From the NCBI GenBank assembly GCA_951406725.2, contig OX597816.1:152086001-152150000 (forward strand): a stretch of 64,000 nucleotides of DNA, in the 5' to 3' direction. Made by a program: the position numbers and the translations under genes. A model generated the notes under the pieces. It saw only the letters and a program-made list of their open reading frames with translations, was not told the origin of the DNA and ran no database searches. This DNA is from Octopus vulgaris (taxonomy: Eukaryota). Positions 51,640 to 64,000 of this stretch are shown here, one piece after another (within the stretch, counting starts at the first letter, position 1; every line of letters starts with the position of its first letter).

Positions 51640-53030
51640 TTACAAATAGAGTTCCCACCTACATCTTTCCGGCACATCGAGCATGGCCCATTTCATACCA
51701 TTTCTCTTACGTTTGCAGAGTCCTACTTTCTGTCCTTCCAATTAACGCTTTAGTCGTTGCTGAATTATCTAGAAGCCTCTCAATTCTAGGTTTTGCTTTT
51801 ACATTTCTCCTCTAAATCCCTCGCTGATTCGGATATAAGAACTAAATTCTCAGCAGAGAAAAGTTTCACGTACAGCTGGTCTGAAACTCCACTTTTATAG
51901 CTCAGATTGCTTTAATGAATAGGAACAGAATCAGGATAGAAACGTGATGAGTCACACTCTAACCACTAAATTTGCTGATGAACCGATTAATAAGTTTCGC
52001 CTTACTGACTGCACCCCTCTACATGATTTGTACGGCTGTCAAAAGCCATTCATCTAAAGCTAGAGCAATCGGCACCCACCAGATCATAGAAAGAGGAACC
52101 CTGTTAAAGTCTTCTCTAGATCAACTATAAGTGTTTAAGCGTGTCTAAGTACTTCTGTAATTGTCTCACTAAGAAGATGGCCACGGTAATATTTCTCCCG
52201 GGTATAAAGTCAACCTGCATTTTCGTCATCATCGTTATCGTCGTTGTTGTCGTCGTCGTCATCATCGTCATCGTCGTCGTTGTCGTCGTCGTCATCATCG
52301 TCATCGTCGTCGTTGTCGTTGTCGTCAACATCTTCATCATTTAACATCTGTTTTCCATGCTGGCACTGGCTGAACCGTTTGAGAGTTGCTATTATTTTTG
52401 TGGAATAAAATTTCTTGAAAAAAAGCCGCAATAATGCACCAACCCAATAGTTTGCATAAGAAAATTTCAGTAACCTTGTTCCCTCCTCAATACGGGAACC
52501 AACTCTATAGCCTCCATACACAGCATGGAAGCCACCAGGATACTGACCAGCATTCCCATTGAAGGCACCAGCCACAAAAATAAGGTAACTGTTATTTGTC
52601 ATTGGGGTAGTTTGCAAAAGGGTATTATAAAATCGATATTTTTGGTCGTCTGGCTGTCCCGGTTAAGAAGCATAGTCAGAAATAGCAGTCACCGAACTGC
52701 TTTGGAAAACTAGTCGAAGCATAAATAAATATCCTGTCGCAACCTCTGACAACCTAAATCCCCTTATAACACATTTCTCAGCTTAAAGCATGCCCCACAC
52801 CTCCCACACCATCATTATTATCTTCCCAGATTTTATACCTGTGTTTTTTGTTTTTTGTTTTTTGTTTTTATTTTTGTTTTTTTTGGCTTATGAAGAACCA
52901 AGCTGAAGCTCCCCTCCACCTTACTTCTTCAATGGAACACACATCTACACGCCTCCGTTCTAGCATCTCAACAACCTCACCAGACCTACTTTTCAATCTG
53001 CCTACATTGAATGTGCCAGCTCTAAAGATG
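51640..53030 (-). mobile_element. RTE-type LINE fossil (APE endonuclease and RT)
   Basis: LIFVAGAFNGNAG..VYGGYRVGSRIEEGTRLLKF (APE), QVDFIPGRNITVAIFLVRQLQKY (RT); interrupted by a (GAC/GAT)n-tailed insert at 52222-52385. Confidence 0.85.
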
Positions 53031-54761
53031 CGGATGGAGTGAAATGAGTGAACAGGGAGATGGGTCGATATTCAGCACCTGAAAAGAAGTATTACAGGGG
53101 CGTTTGCCAGGAGGTATAATAGTTACACAAGTAGGTATTAGATACGACCGCTCACCTGGACCATCATTTGCCCAGTTCCTCAAAATTCAAGGTCGAGGAG
53201 GAGGGGGGAGGTAAGTCTAGCTTTTCTATGGTTGTCATGGTGTTGGGGACAGGTAGGAGGGAGAGCGGTGATGAAAAGATAGTGACAGGAGTTGTTAAGT
53301 CCGCGAATAATTACAATAAATATTAAGAGAGAAGGAGAGAAAAATCGGCAACGTTTATTTTAAGGTTCGATATTTCGTTCTTGTCAGCTATCAAGATGAA
53401 TGCCCAAATTGACCAAGGTCTTACGTACATGATTTTTTACACCGAAAAAGGAAACTAGAGACAGGAAAAATTGGAGTGAGAAATCATCTAGCCAGCAGTG
53501 AGTTAGTATATGAAATCTTGCTCAGGATGATACGCCACATTTTCCATAGTGTAATATTAAAGTGCTTAAAAATATACAAACACTCTAGTTCATAGACATA
53601 CATTACGAAATAATACATTCTAAAAGGAGAGAGGTTTAAAAAATGGCCCCAGAGGAATTACGAATGAAACGCCAACCTTGAGATGAAACACCAACTTTGA
53701 ATTCATTTTATATCCGCAATCAAAGGACAAGTTATTGTGTATAGAGGTTTTGCTTCATATTTAGTGTAAGGGGTGGTAAAAGTTTATTTTCCTGTAGTAA
53801 GCTACAAAATTCTTACATTCTCTCGATTTCCTGTAATTCATGGTCCCCGTAGAAAAATAGAAAAGACGTTGTCCCAGAGGGTGGCGAGGAAGATGCATTG
53901 AAACATTCACTCTGACTCAGAGGGCTCGCACTTGCCGATAACGTACTAAGAGATATAAGTTGTAGGGGAGATAACTTTCAAGGGAAATAATTCTTGGTAG
54001 CATTATAAACGTACAAACAATTTTTTTCTTTATATATATTGTTTCTTTCCATGTCTATTTTTATTGTTTTATCGCTATTTTTCATAATAGAGTTTAAAAA
54101 CCATCTCATATATATTGAACGGTGCATATCTTTTTGCAAACTCTCGAAACTATTTTTATTAGTAAATTGATCACTTAGTTTTCGAGCTATTACTCGTGTG
54201 CAGGCAACAGCCAAACGGACCAGCTGAGAGGCACCATTCTTGAATACGCGCTTGTCGTATCATCAATAAGTATCTCCGCTAATTTGCAAACAAAAGTATA
54301 TCTCCAATTTGTGATTGTTATTGTGTCTTTTGATTTAGCTATACGCTATCCACATCACCATAACTTTCCGGCAAATCATCTACTTACATTGAAACAGCCC
54401 TGTTAAATATTTAATAAGCGGACAAGAGAGGTCTGTTTTTCCTTAAAAGATGGTTATTTAAAAAGATTCAATTGATGGTGAGATAGTTGTACATCAATAG
54501 TAGAATTGAGAATAAACAAAAGTATAGCTTTCAAAACTATAATTTTTTTAACAAAATAAATGTTTGACCCAGTTACCAACTTGATAAAAGCAGTGATCAT
54601 TAATGTTTTTCGTTGCATGTATTGATGATGTCACCATAAACAGAGCATTTTTTTCACAACCAGGCACTAACCTGATTAACATAGAAAACCGAAAAGCTAT
54701 TGGTCTGTATGCGATACATGTGCATGTGAGATAGAGAGTGGGGAGAAAAGAAGGCTTCTAA

Positions 54762-54762
54762 G

Positions 54763-54814
<52 letters not shown>

Positions 54815-55100
54815 TAATAATAATAATGAAAATATTGTGTATAGTGCTCAGGTGCACTACATCTCATCAAAGGTGCATGTATAGTGCATAGAATTATGTA
54901 CAAAAGTCAGGTAAGTGAACAGTGCATAAGACATGATATATATGTGTGCATGCGTATGGAGGGGAAATATCAGGTGTAGTGTTGGGGAATTTCAGGAAGC
55001 ATGGAGGTTTTAAAGGATGCAATGTTTCAAAGGGCATGCTAATTGAGCTGAATGTGCTTTGCTGAGAAGATCCAGTAAGATCGAAGCATGTCTGTTGTTT
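54762..55100 (-). mobile_element. Probable LINE 3' end with (TTA)n tail
   Basis: (TAA)n 54762-54827 adjoining a unique 3'-UTR-like segment; clade not resolved. Confidence 0.35.
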
Positions 55101-55137
55101 TCATCAATTAACTTTGAAGACAATATTCACATCTATC

Positions 55138-55754
55138 AAAGGCGGCGAGCTGGCAGAAACGCTAGCATGCCGGGTGAAATGCTTAGCGGTATTTCGTCCG
55201 CCGCTACATTCTGAGTTCAAATTCGACAGAGGTCGACTTTGCCTTTCATCCTTTCGGGGTCGATTAAATAAGTACCAGTTACGCACTGGGGTCGATATAA
55301 TCAACTTAATCCGTTTGTCTGTCCTTGTTTGTCCTCTCTGTGTTTTGCCCCTTGTGGATAGTAAAGAAATGGGTATTTCGTCTGTCGTTACATTCTGGGT
55401 TCAAATTTCGCCGAGGTCGACTTTGCCCTTCATCCTTTCGGGGTCGATTAAATAAGTACCAGTTACGCACTGGGGTCGATGTAATCGACTTAATCCCTTT
55501 GTCTGTCCTTGTTTGTCCCCTCTATGTATAGCCCCTTGTGGGCAATAAAGAAATAAGAAATGTTAGCACGCTGGGCCAAATGCTAAGCGCTATTTCGTCT
55601 GTCTTTATGTCCTAAGTTCAAATTCCGCCGAGGTCGACTTTGCTCTTCATCCTTTCAGGGTCGATAAGTTTAGTACCAGTTGCACGCTGGAGTCGATCTA
55701 ATCGACTGGCCCTCCTCCCCCAAAATTGCGGGCCTTGTGCCTAGAATAGAAAAG
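55138..55754 (+). mobile_element. Trimeric SINE family A with TSD
   Basis: Three central domains; AATATTCACATCT at 55122-55134 and 55755-55767. Confidence 0.92.
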
Positions 55755-56451
55755 AATATTCACATCTGTCTGCGTTAGTCTTAATTGTCGAAAAATGGCG
55801 AGTGTTATTGAGTTACTTCCCTTGGTGTTTTTTTTTTCTGTTTTATTTTAAAAAAACCCTAAAATGGAGCGTTTTGATTACTAATTGCTCTCTAACCGTA
55901 AATCTCTCAAATAAAATTATATCCACTTTAGGCCTCTCTACAGAGAATATTTATTAACTTTTTATTCGCACATACACGTACACCCACACCATCATCATTA
56001 ACATTTAATGTCCACTTTTCCAAGTTTGCATGGGTCAGACGGAGTTTGTTGAAGCAGATTTCTTATGGCTGGATGCCCTTCCTGTTTCCAGCTCTCACCT
56101 GTTTCTAAGTAAAGTAATATTTCCCCATTACAAGACATGTTTTTTTTTATGAAAGACTACTAACAGACGACATTATTTGTATGACAGTGACACTCATTTT
56201 CAACCATCCTGTGATATCTAGGCAAAGATACATACTAACACAAACACACACACACATATAGATATCCCCCTCATCATCATCGTCGTCGTTGTTGTCGCCG
56301 TCATTGTCGTCATCGTCGTCGTCGTCGTCGTTATCGACATCGTCGTCGTCCTTCTTCTCCTCCTCATCATCCTCATCCTCATCATCATTTAATGTCTGTT
56401 TTCCATGCTGGCATGGATTTGGTGGGAACAACCACAGACACACAAACATAT

Positions 56452-56524
<73 letters not shown>

Positions 56525-56614
56525 ATCCAAACAAGAAAACAAAAAGACAACAACGCGAGGATGTGGAACAAATAAAGTATTATTGGACGCTCAGGAAAGA
56601 AGGGAAGAAGGAGG

Positions 56615-56650
56615 GTATGACGTTTCGAGCGGAGCTCTTCGTCGGAAACA
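56615..56650 (-). ncRNA. Minimal hammerhead-like motif (C4 variant) in a (TA)n-flanked element 56521-56780
   Basis: Minus strand TGTTT-CCGACGA-A-GAGC-TCC-GCTC-GAAAC-GTC-ATAC. Confidence 0.55.
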
Positions 56651-56778
56651 TAGGAGAAAGAAAGATCCCGAGGCGGGAGGACAGAGGGAAAAAAAATTGC
56701 AGGTAGTCTTCACGAGGTCACATACTGAAAAGACAGAAGTGGTGAAAAAGGAGGAACATGTTTTTAATAACAGGAGAG

Positions 56779-56857
<79 letters not shown>

Positions 56858-57301
56858 TATATACGACAAGCTTCTTTCAGTTTCCGTCTACCAAATCCAC
56901 TCACAAGGCTTTGGTCAGCCCAAGGCTATAGTAGAAAAGGTGTCACACAGTGGGACTGAACCTGGAACCATGTAGTTGGTATATATTTGCAACTAAGTAC
57001 TTTGTGACCCTGTCAGTGCAGGTGCCACTTAAAAGCACCCAGTCCACACTGTAAAGTGGTTGATGTTTGGAAGGGCATCCAGCTGTAAAAACCTTGCCAA
57101 AACTGACCTCTCCTGTGCTTGTGCCACATCAAAATCACTAAGTATACTCTAGTGAGTGGTTGGTGTGAGGAAGGGCATCCTTTATAAAAATCCAGTTACA
57201 GAAATTGGGTGCAGGCTTCTGTCTGGCTGGTGTTAAACAATAATGATGATGTTGATGAGGATATGGAAAGAAGGAGTGTATTCCCACACAGGAAAATATG
57301 T

Positions 57302-58052
57302 AGAATTTGTTTTAGGGTTTGAAAATGCACCTGAATCTGAAAAACATGTAGTCATTTTTAAATAGATTTATTCACATATCAAGCTAGTTTCAACAATTTT
57401 TTGCTTATCAATGGTACAAGTATATATAAAAGCAGGATTTTAGGAGAGTTTAAAATTACAAGGTAAAAATTGGACAAACATGTTTTAACCATCAAACATT
57501 CAAATATTCACTGAAATTTCAATGAATTGCACAGGGATAGATAGTAATGTCACTGTAAATGCTCAGTGAAGATTATAACAGATGTACATTATTGAAAGTT
57601 CAGTCATATTGAGTTTTTATAAAATATGTGGAGAAAAAAGAGAAAAAAGAAGAGAGAAAGAAGAAATTTTTTTTTTTTGCAATTCCTGTCGTGGTGTGTG
57701 TAGTTCTTTCAATTTCAGTCTGTGGTCTCTTCATCTTTCATAGCTTATTGGAATCAGAATATTCAATAATGAACATCTGTTATGGTCTCCACCAAACATT
57801 TACATTGATATTACTATCTATTCTTGTGAAACTCAATGAAATTTTTGTGAACATTTGAACAGTTGATGGTTAAAACATGTTTGTCCAATTTTTAGCTTGT
57901 AATTTTAAACTCTAAAACTGCCTTTTATATATACATATTTGTACCATTGATAAGCAAAAAATTGTGGAAACAAGTTATGTGAATAAATCTATTTAAAAAC
58001 AACTACAAGTTTTTTTTTTAGATTCAGATGCATTTTCAAACCCCAAAATTCT
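57302..58052. repeat. Foldback element with ~300-bp inverted arms
   Basis: 57302-57605 mirrors 57750-58052, e.g. AAAAATTGGACAAACATGTTTTAACCATCAA / TTGATGGTTAAAACATGTTTGTCCAATTTTT. Confidence 0.92.
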
Positions 58053-58352
58053 CCTATATATATATATATATCATCATTTAGTATCACTTTTCCATGCTGG
58101 CATGGGTTACAGGGTTTAAATGGAACTAATAAGACAGAGAGCTGTATCAGCTACCAGTCTAATTTGGGGTTGATCTCTACAGCTGGATGACCTTCCTAAC
58201 ACCAACCACTCTAAGAATGTAGTGGGTGCCTTTTACATGTCACCAGCACTGGTAACTTTTAGTTATCACCAGCACTATATATATATATATATATATAAAT
58301 ATAAATTTAATAGAGTCAGTAGGAAGGAGTACATTTAGACAGCTATTTAATA

Positions 58353-58457
58353 AACACTACACATTTCGATACAACATAGATCCACATATTCACAAGATTT
58401 AAATTAAGCTAAGGTTTACCCATATAATGGGATCCAGTTGTATCTCCTCAGGTGATA
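58353..58457 (-). ncRNA. Type I hammerhead ribozyme with long stem II (Penelope pseudo-LTR)
   Basis: Minus strand ATCAC-CTGAGGA-GATACAAC..GTTGTATC-GAAA-TGTG-TA-GTGTT; canonical core and perfect 8-bp stem II; downstream of a same-strand GIY-YIG fragment. Confidence 0.75.
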
Positions 58458-58987
58458 TATAATTGCTGTCCCCATAAGTAAATCTTTGACTTTCATGCTA
58501 ACACATCCAACTGGCTCTTTTGAATCTAGTAGACACTGGCAGTTCTATTCTGCTCACTGTCAATGTGCCTCTACATGCTCGACATGAGCAGCATCGTATA
58601 CATTGGCTGTCCACTTTGTTTCACATGTTATGTTGCACATGCTAAATTTTATAATTTCACAAATACACTCATACATACATTCATACATAAACAATTACTG
58701 ATACACATATACACACAACTGCATCTCTAGGCATCCCCATACATACACACACACACACACACACACACATACTTATATACATATATACACATATGCATGC
58801 CCCCCCCACACACACACATATCAATCAACAAATACATTCACACCCATACATAGATGCACATACATATATCTACCCATATTCATGCACATAGGTATATCAT
58901 TGGGCACTCCATCATACATAGGCACATTCATAGACGTGAGACAGAAAGGATAGGTGTGGTGAAAGAGAATAATAATTATTATAATTT

Positions 58988-59640
58988 TTATACACTGTTC
59001 CAGCTTGAAAATGCATATTTGGCATGGTGGGTACACCTTGAAATTTTCTCATCATGCTTATTTACCAAGTTCTCATTACTCAGCACTAAATCCATTGTTT
59101 CCTCACGGCAAAGGTCACATTTGTCAGATAGTGAATTACATTGGTGTGCATTTTTTTTATTAGTGACCATTTCATTTCGTATTTAATTTTTGATTCTTTC
59201 AGTCCTCATATTAGGTCTGCCAGTGAATCTGCATGTTGTCTGATTATTTTTCAGAATGATGAGATGAGGTTGCAATAACAAACTTTGAATTGGTTTTCCG
59301 TGGCACCTATGTACATTTATTTATATTCAGATGTGGAGATTGTGCATCTGTATACTATGTTTTTTTTTAACACATTGGTTCATGAGTGGACAAGCAGATT
59401 TTCTTCAGAATGTGCAGTTATTTGTACTGTTATTATTTTTATGTTTATCTGGTGGCCTTTTGGTTCTGTTTCCATGATGTTCTGTTTGATTGTTAGTGTA
59501 TGGAGCATTGTGGAATCAATAATCTTTTCTGTTGGAGGTTTTTGATGATCCATTTCAATTTTATTGCCACTATCTCTTACGTTATCTGAGATTTTGCAGT
59601 CTATCTGTTGCTTATTTTTGTTATTGGCCTTAAACCCTGT
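58988..59640 (-). mobile_element. Penelope-like GIY-YIG C-terminal fragment
   Basis: KCDLCREETMDLV..LVNKHDEKISRCTHHAKY matches the CxLC..E..LLNKRSE..SKCRH tail of PLE endonucleases. Confidence 0.75.
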
Positions 59641-59734
59641 GATGCTTTGACCTGTGATGCTCTGCCATCGGACATTGTTTGGACACAGTGGGACTGAACC
59701 CAGAACCATGAGGCTGGGAAGCAAACTTCTTACC

Positions 59735-59967
59735 TATTTCTTTATTACCCACAAGGGGCTGAACATAGAGGGGACAAACATGGACAGACATAGGTATTAA
59801 GTCGATTATATCGACCCCAGTGCTTAACTGGTACTTAATTTATCGACCCCGAAAGGATGAAAGGCAAAGTCGACCTCGGCGGAATTTGAACTCACAACGT
59901 AACGGCAGACGAAATACCGCTAAGCATTTCGCCCGACGTGCTAACGATTCTGCTAGCTCGCCGCCTT
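59735..59967 (-). mobile_element. SINE family A inserted into a family B SINE
   Basis: 20-bp TSD TGGGAAGCAAACTTCTTACC at 59715-59734 and 59968-59987. Confidence 0.93.
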
Positions 59968-60736
59968 TGGGAAGCAAACTTCTTACCACACAGCCATGCC
60001 TGTGCTCATTAATATTTTACAAAATTTTCAACTCTAGGGTGTGTAAAAGCTATTGGCATGTCACAACACATGGTTCACTTGAAATGTCAACTGATTCTCA
60101 TCAGTATCTTGCTCGAAATACCATTTGTCTCTTTCAGTCAAATTAAATCTGCTTGTAGTTTTTTAAGCTAATATTATTTCCGAGCACAAAAACATCAACA
60201 ATGGTTAATCATTGGATTATATGCATGTACATGAGTGTGCATGAATATGTGCATCTGCATTGTGTACATGCATACACATATACACATTTTTTCCATTTGT
60301 GTATACATCTGCTTGTAAGGGATTTAAATGTGTATTTCTGTATTTGTATGATTATGGGAATATAATATGTATCATCATCATCATCATCATCATCATTTAA
60401 CGTCCACTTTCCATGCTAGCATGGGTTGGGCGGTTCAACTGGGGTCTGGGGAGCCCGAAGGCTGCACCAGGCCAGTCAGATCTGGCAGTGTTTCTACAGC
60501 TGGATGCCCTTCCTAAATGTATATATACACATACATATATGTATATATATATATGTGTACGTACGCTGCTATATGTATATATAGATATATGAAATGGAAC
60601 AAAATTGCAATAGAGGACAATAAAACATCCAGGTGTCCTTACAGTTTCGGGCAGTTACACTTGAGACTGTTTGATCTGGTTGCCCCCAAAAAAGTCCAAT
60701 CTAAGAAGAGTATAAGATTTTTTGTAAGAAAGCTAA

Positions 60737-60790
<54 letters not shown>

Positions 60791-60838
60791 AATACATATT
60801 TTACATATATTATTCATATATGTATATGTATATGTGTG

Positions 60839-60922
<84 letters not shown>

Positions 60923-61679
60923 GCTAGCTAGCTAGCTATATATATATATATTGACAGGCCGCTGGTATTTATAGAGTATCAAACACTTTCGGTATGCAAA
61001 TTAGGAACTCCTTCATAGAGTAACTGCTGCAGTTGTTGAGTTATAAACAGTTTGGCTGCTTGCTTCTCTGGAGAATGTCAGAATGATGCAGACACCTTTG
61101 ATGAGAGCCCAATAAGATTCGAAAATTGATTGAGGTTGTTCATCATTTTTTCAGTTGTGGGGAAATGGCAAAAATTTGCCCTGCTTATAATTATACGATA
61201 TGTTATATATACATATATATATATACACACACATATAATATATATGTGTATATATACATATATATTTATGTATCTGTATATATATAAATATATATACACA
61301 TATATACACACATATATATGTATGTAAGCATATCTATGTGTGTGTGTGTGTGCAAGTATGTATAAAAATATGTATATATGTGTCAGTGTGTCTGTATGTG
61401 TGTATCATCATTGTCATTTAATGTCCACTTTTCCATGCTTACATGGCTCAGACGAATTTGTTGAGGCAGATTTCCTAAAGTCAGGTGCCCTTTCTGTCAC
61501 CAACATTTGCTTCTTCCTAAGCAAGGTAATATTTTCTCACAACCAGACATGTTTTCCTGTACAATTATTCAATAGACAACTTAAGGGTCTCATTCAGCAG
61601 TGCATCTAGTGTAAAAGATATTAGTAGATGCCCCCAAAACCCCATACAGAGGGACGATACTCATGAAGAGTTAACAGTG

Positions 61680-62095
61680 AGTGCCCTGTAAATATCGATG
61701 CAACTCTGAGACTGTTGTCTACGAACCTGAAATGGTGTCCAACAGTTGCAGCACCAACAACATGAGGATACACATATGGAAATATATTAGTGCAATGGAG
61801 GGGCTCTTTAAGGCTAGACTAAATAACCACAGGTCCTCTTTTAGCATTCCAGAGCGGCACAACATTATGACATTATCTAGTTATATATGACATTTAAAAG
61901 AAGAGGGAACATCATATAAAATTAACTGGAACAATCTGGGTCATACTTTAATGGAAGCAGATAGTACAAACTTTGCTTGCCTGAAAGGACAATGATATTA
62001 GAAAATTCGCACAATCCGGGTGACTTTTTGGATTCAAAAAATGAAATTTTTATTTGGTGCCCTTCCAATAGAAAATTTATTTTGGAGATGTAGTC
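61680..62095 (+). mobile_element. Penelope-like GIY-YIG fragment
   Basis: CNSETVVY..KYISAMEGLFKARLNNHRSSF..TLSSYI.HLKEEG..YKINW. Confidence 0.82.
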
Positions 62096-62849
62096 TTCTC
62101 ATTTGTGGACTATAGAATAAAAAATGTACATAAACTGACCCATTTCTGACACAACTGAAATCGTTCAAAGGGAGGTAAATCTGTCCCTCCCAGAATAAGT
62201 GTTTTCGTTTCGGGGATTTTTGCTCCCATTAATAAATACAACCATTCTAACTCATTTATATAATACAATTTGGTCTATTTTTTCAAATGTCAAAGTCCTT
62301 TGACGATTTGGTGAAGAATACTTACCATAAAAAAAAAAACTAATGGAAAATAGGTTGAACAAATCTGTTTGAGTGGATTCTCCCTCAATCCAAAAGATAA
62401 TCATTCAATTGTATAACCAACTGAATTATTATGTAATTAATGTGTAGGTGACTGAGTATTCCACAGACACAGGTAAATGAATACTGCCTTATTATCATAC
62501 TGAATCAGCATGATAAATAAAGCAGAATCTTTGAATGAGTATAATCAAAAGAGGAGAGAGAAGTGAGAATGAGAGAAAGAGAAAGAGGGGAGAGAGGGGG
62601 AAGGAAGGGGGAGAGGGAAGGAATGTGGAGAAGAATTGACTCCTCCTCCCCAATAATGCTGGAATGATACTAAAGGGGGAAAGTCAAAGTTGGTCTCGTC
62701 AGGATTTGAATTCACAGTGCACACAAAACTAGGATAAATACTTATACAATACTTATAAATAGTTATTCTATCCAACACGTTAACGATTCCACCAATTCAC
62801 TAACTCCCAAAACTTACACATGCGTGCGTGCACACACACACACGCATGC

Positions 62850-62911
<62 letters not shown>

Positions 62912-62994
62912 AAACATACATTTATACACACACAGTCACACACACTCACACAGAGACGAAGGTGGTACTGAAAGTAATGCAAAAGTGGGCATTA

Positions 62995-63042
<48 letters not shown>

Positions 63043-63359
63043 CGTGTGTGTGTGTGCGCGTGCGCGTGTGCGTGTGTGTGTGCGTGTGTGCATGCACATA
63101 TTACCGTTTGCAGGTGAAAGTTACTTCTGGATCCGCATCATCAAAGTAGCAGAGTCTAGAGGAAAGGGTTATAACTGACTGTACTATTTCGCTCATCCTT
63201 TTGTCCCCACTATGAACATGGTAGTTAAGTTAGCAGGGATGGAGTGCTAAAGACTAGCAATATCGCTAAGCCCATACCCCATAATAACAACACAGATAAC
63301 AGAGCAGCACAACTCCAGGCTGATGTCAACAGAAGAGGCACAAGAAGTGTGAACACAAC

Positions 63360-63970
63360 CAGCACTCAAGTTTGGAGATATATCGAGTCAGCCAGAACTG
63401 CCTTCAAGCAGTACCTGTACAACCACAAGTCCTCTTTCAGGAGTCCAGAAAGACGATTCGTCATGTCCCTGGCAATCCACATGTGACACCTTAAGGATGA
63501 AGGAACCCCATACGATATTAAGTGGAGGATCATAGAGCAGCCAAAATCCTATATCAACAGGAGCAGACATTGCAAGCCTTGCATAACGGAGCGAGCAAGG
63601 ATCCTCAAAGACTCCCTGTATCCAGATTAACTATTAAATTCCCAACATGAGGTTTATAGTCCCTGCCCTCGTTCCCCATTCATCGATTAGAACAAGAAAA
63701 AGTCCTTACGGGCTAGAAGCAATCTAATGGTGGAGGCTCCCCATTTGTCACTTTAGCGCATATGGACTGCCACCTGACCTGGTCTAATGGAGATAACTCA
63801 CACTCGCCGACCCACAAGGTTTATTTTTTGTTTATTAATTAACTGGCCGTAACGGATTTCTACCTCCAGTTTGAAAACATATATGCCCTCCACTATTAAG
63901 GTCTGGTGAGTCGTCCATAGAGCTAAGCGTATTATGGATGTGAAACCATTGGTCACTCTATGACCGGACA
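63360..63970 (+). mobile_element. Penelope-like GIY-YIG 3' end plus pseudo-LTR
   Basis: RYIESARTAFKQYLYNHKSSFRS..SLAIHM.HLKDE..YDIKWRII..CKPCITE; hammerhead motif in the 3' region. Confidence 0.85.
63898..63959 (+). ncRNA. Degenerate type I hammerhead
   Basis: AAGGT-CTGGTGA-GTCGTCCATA..TATGGATGT-GAAA-CCATTGG-TC-ACTCT; A6G substitution. Confidence 0.6.
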
Positions 63971-64000
63971 TATGCTTAACTGCTTATAAATACATTACTG

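Noticed and set aside
60635-60695. Half hammerhead on the minus strand (GGGCA..TGCCC-GAAA-CTG-TA)
   Set aside because: The CUGANGA strand is missing.

Overview
AT-rich eukaryotic, repeat-dominated window (intergenic or large-intron DNA). The SINE families and microsatellite load suggest an octopus or other coleoid cephalopod; this is inference from recognised repeat consensus motifs, not a database result. No intact host protein-coding gene is visible; one candidate first exon lies at 29915-30026. The window is a stack of decayed mobile elements: a Ty3/Gypsy LTR element (1-3345), several R4/Dong-clade (RLE endonuclease) LINE copies sitting in (CATA)n tracts, Penelope-like (GIY-YIG) fragments, CR1/L2 and RTE LINE ends, mariner and hAT fossils, foldback MITEs, Helentron-like elements and many tRNA-derived SINEs. 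Almost all ORFs in the track are microsatellite or antisense artefacts. The most notable structure is at 21094-22219. It is a near-identical ~362-bp tandem unit carrying a minimal type I hammerhead ribozyme with a non-canonical U3 core (TTGAYGA), arranged as a 1.1-kb head-to-head palindrome whose inversion point falls within 2 nt of the predicted self-cleavage site, flanked by (TA)n. This fits a non-LTR retrozyme (circRNA-producing, probably Penelope-mobilised). A diverged relative with the same U3 core sits at ~51220-51460, and six further hammerhead-like motifs are scattered through the window.
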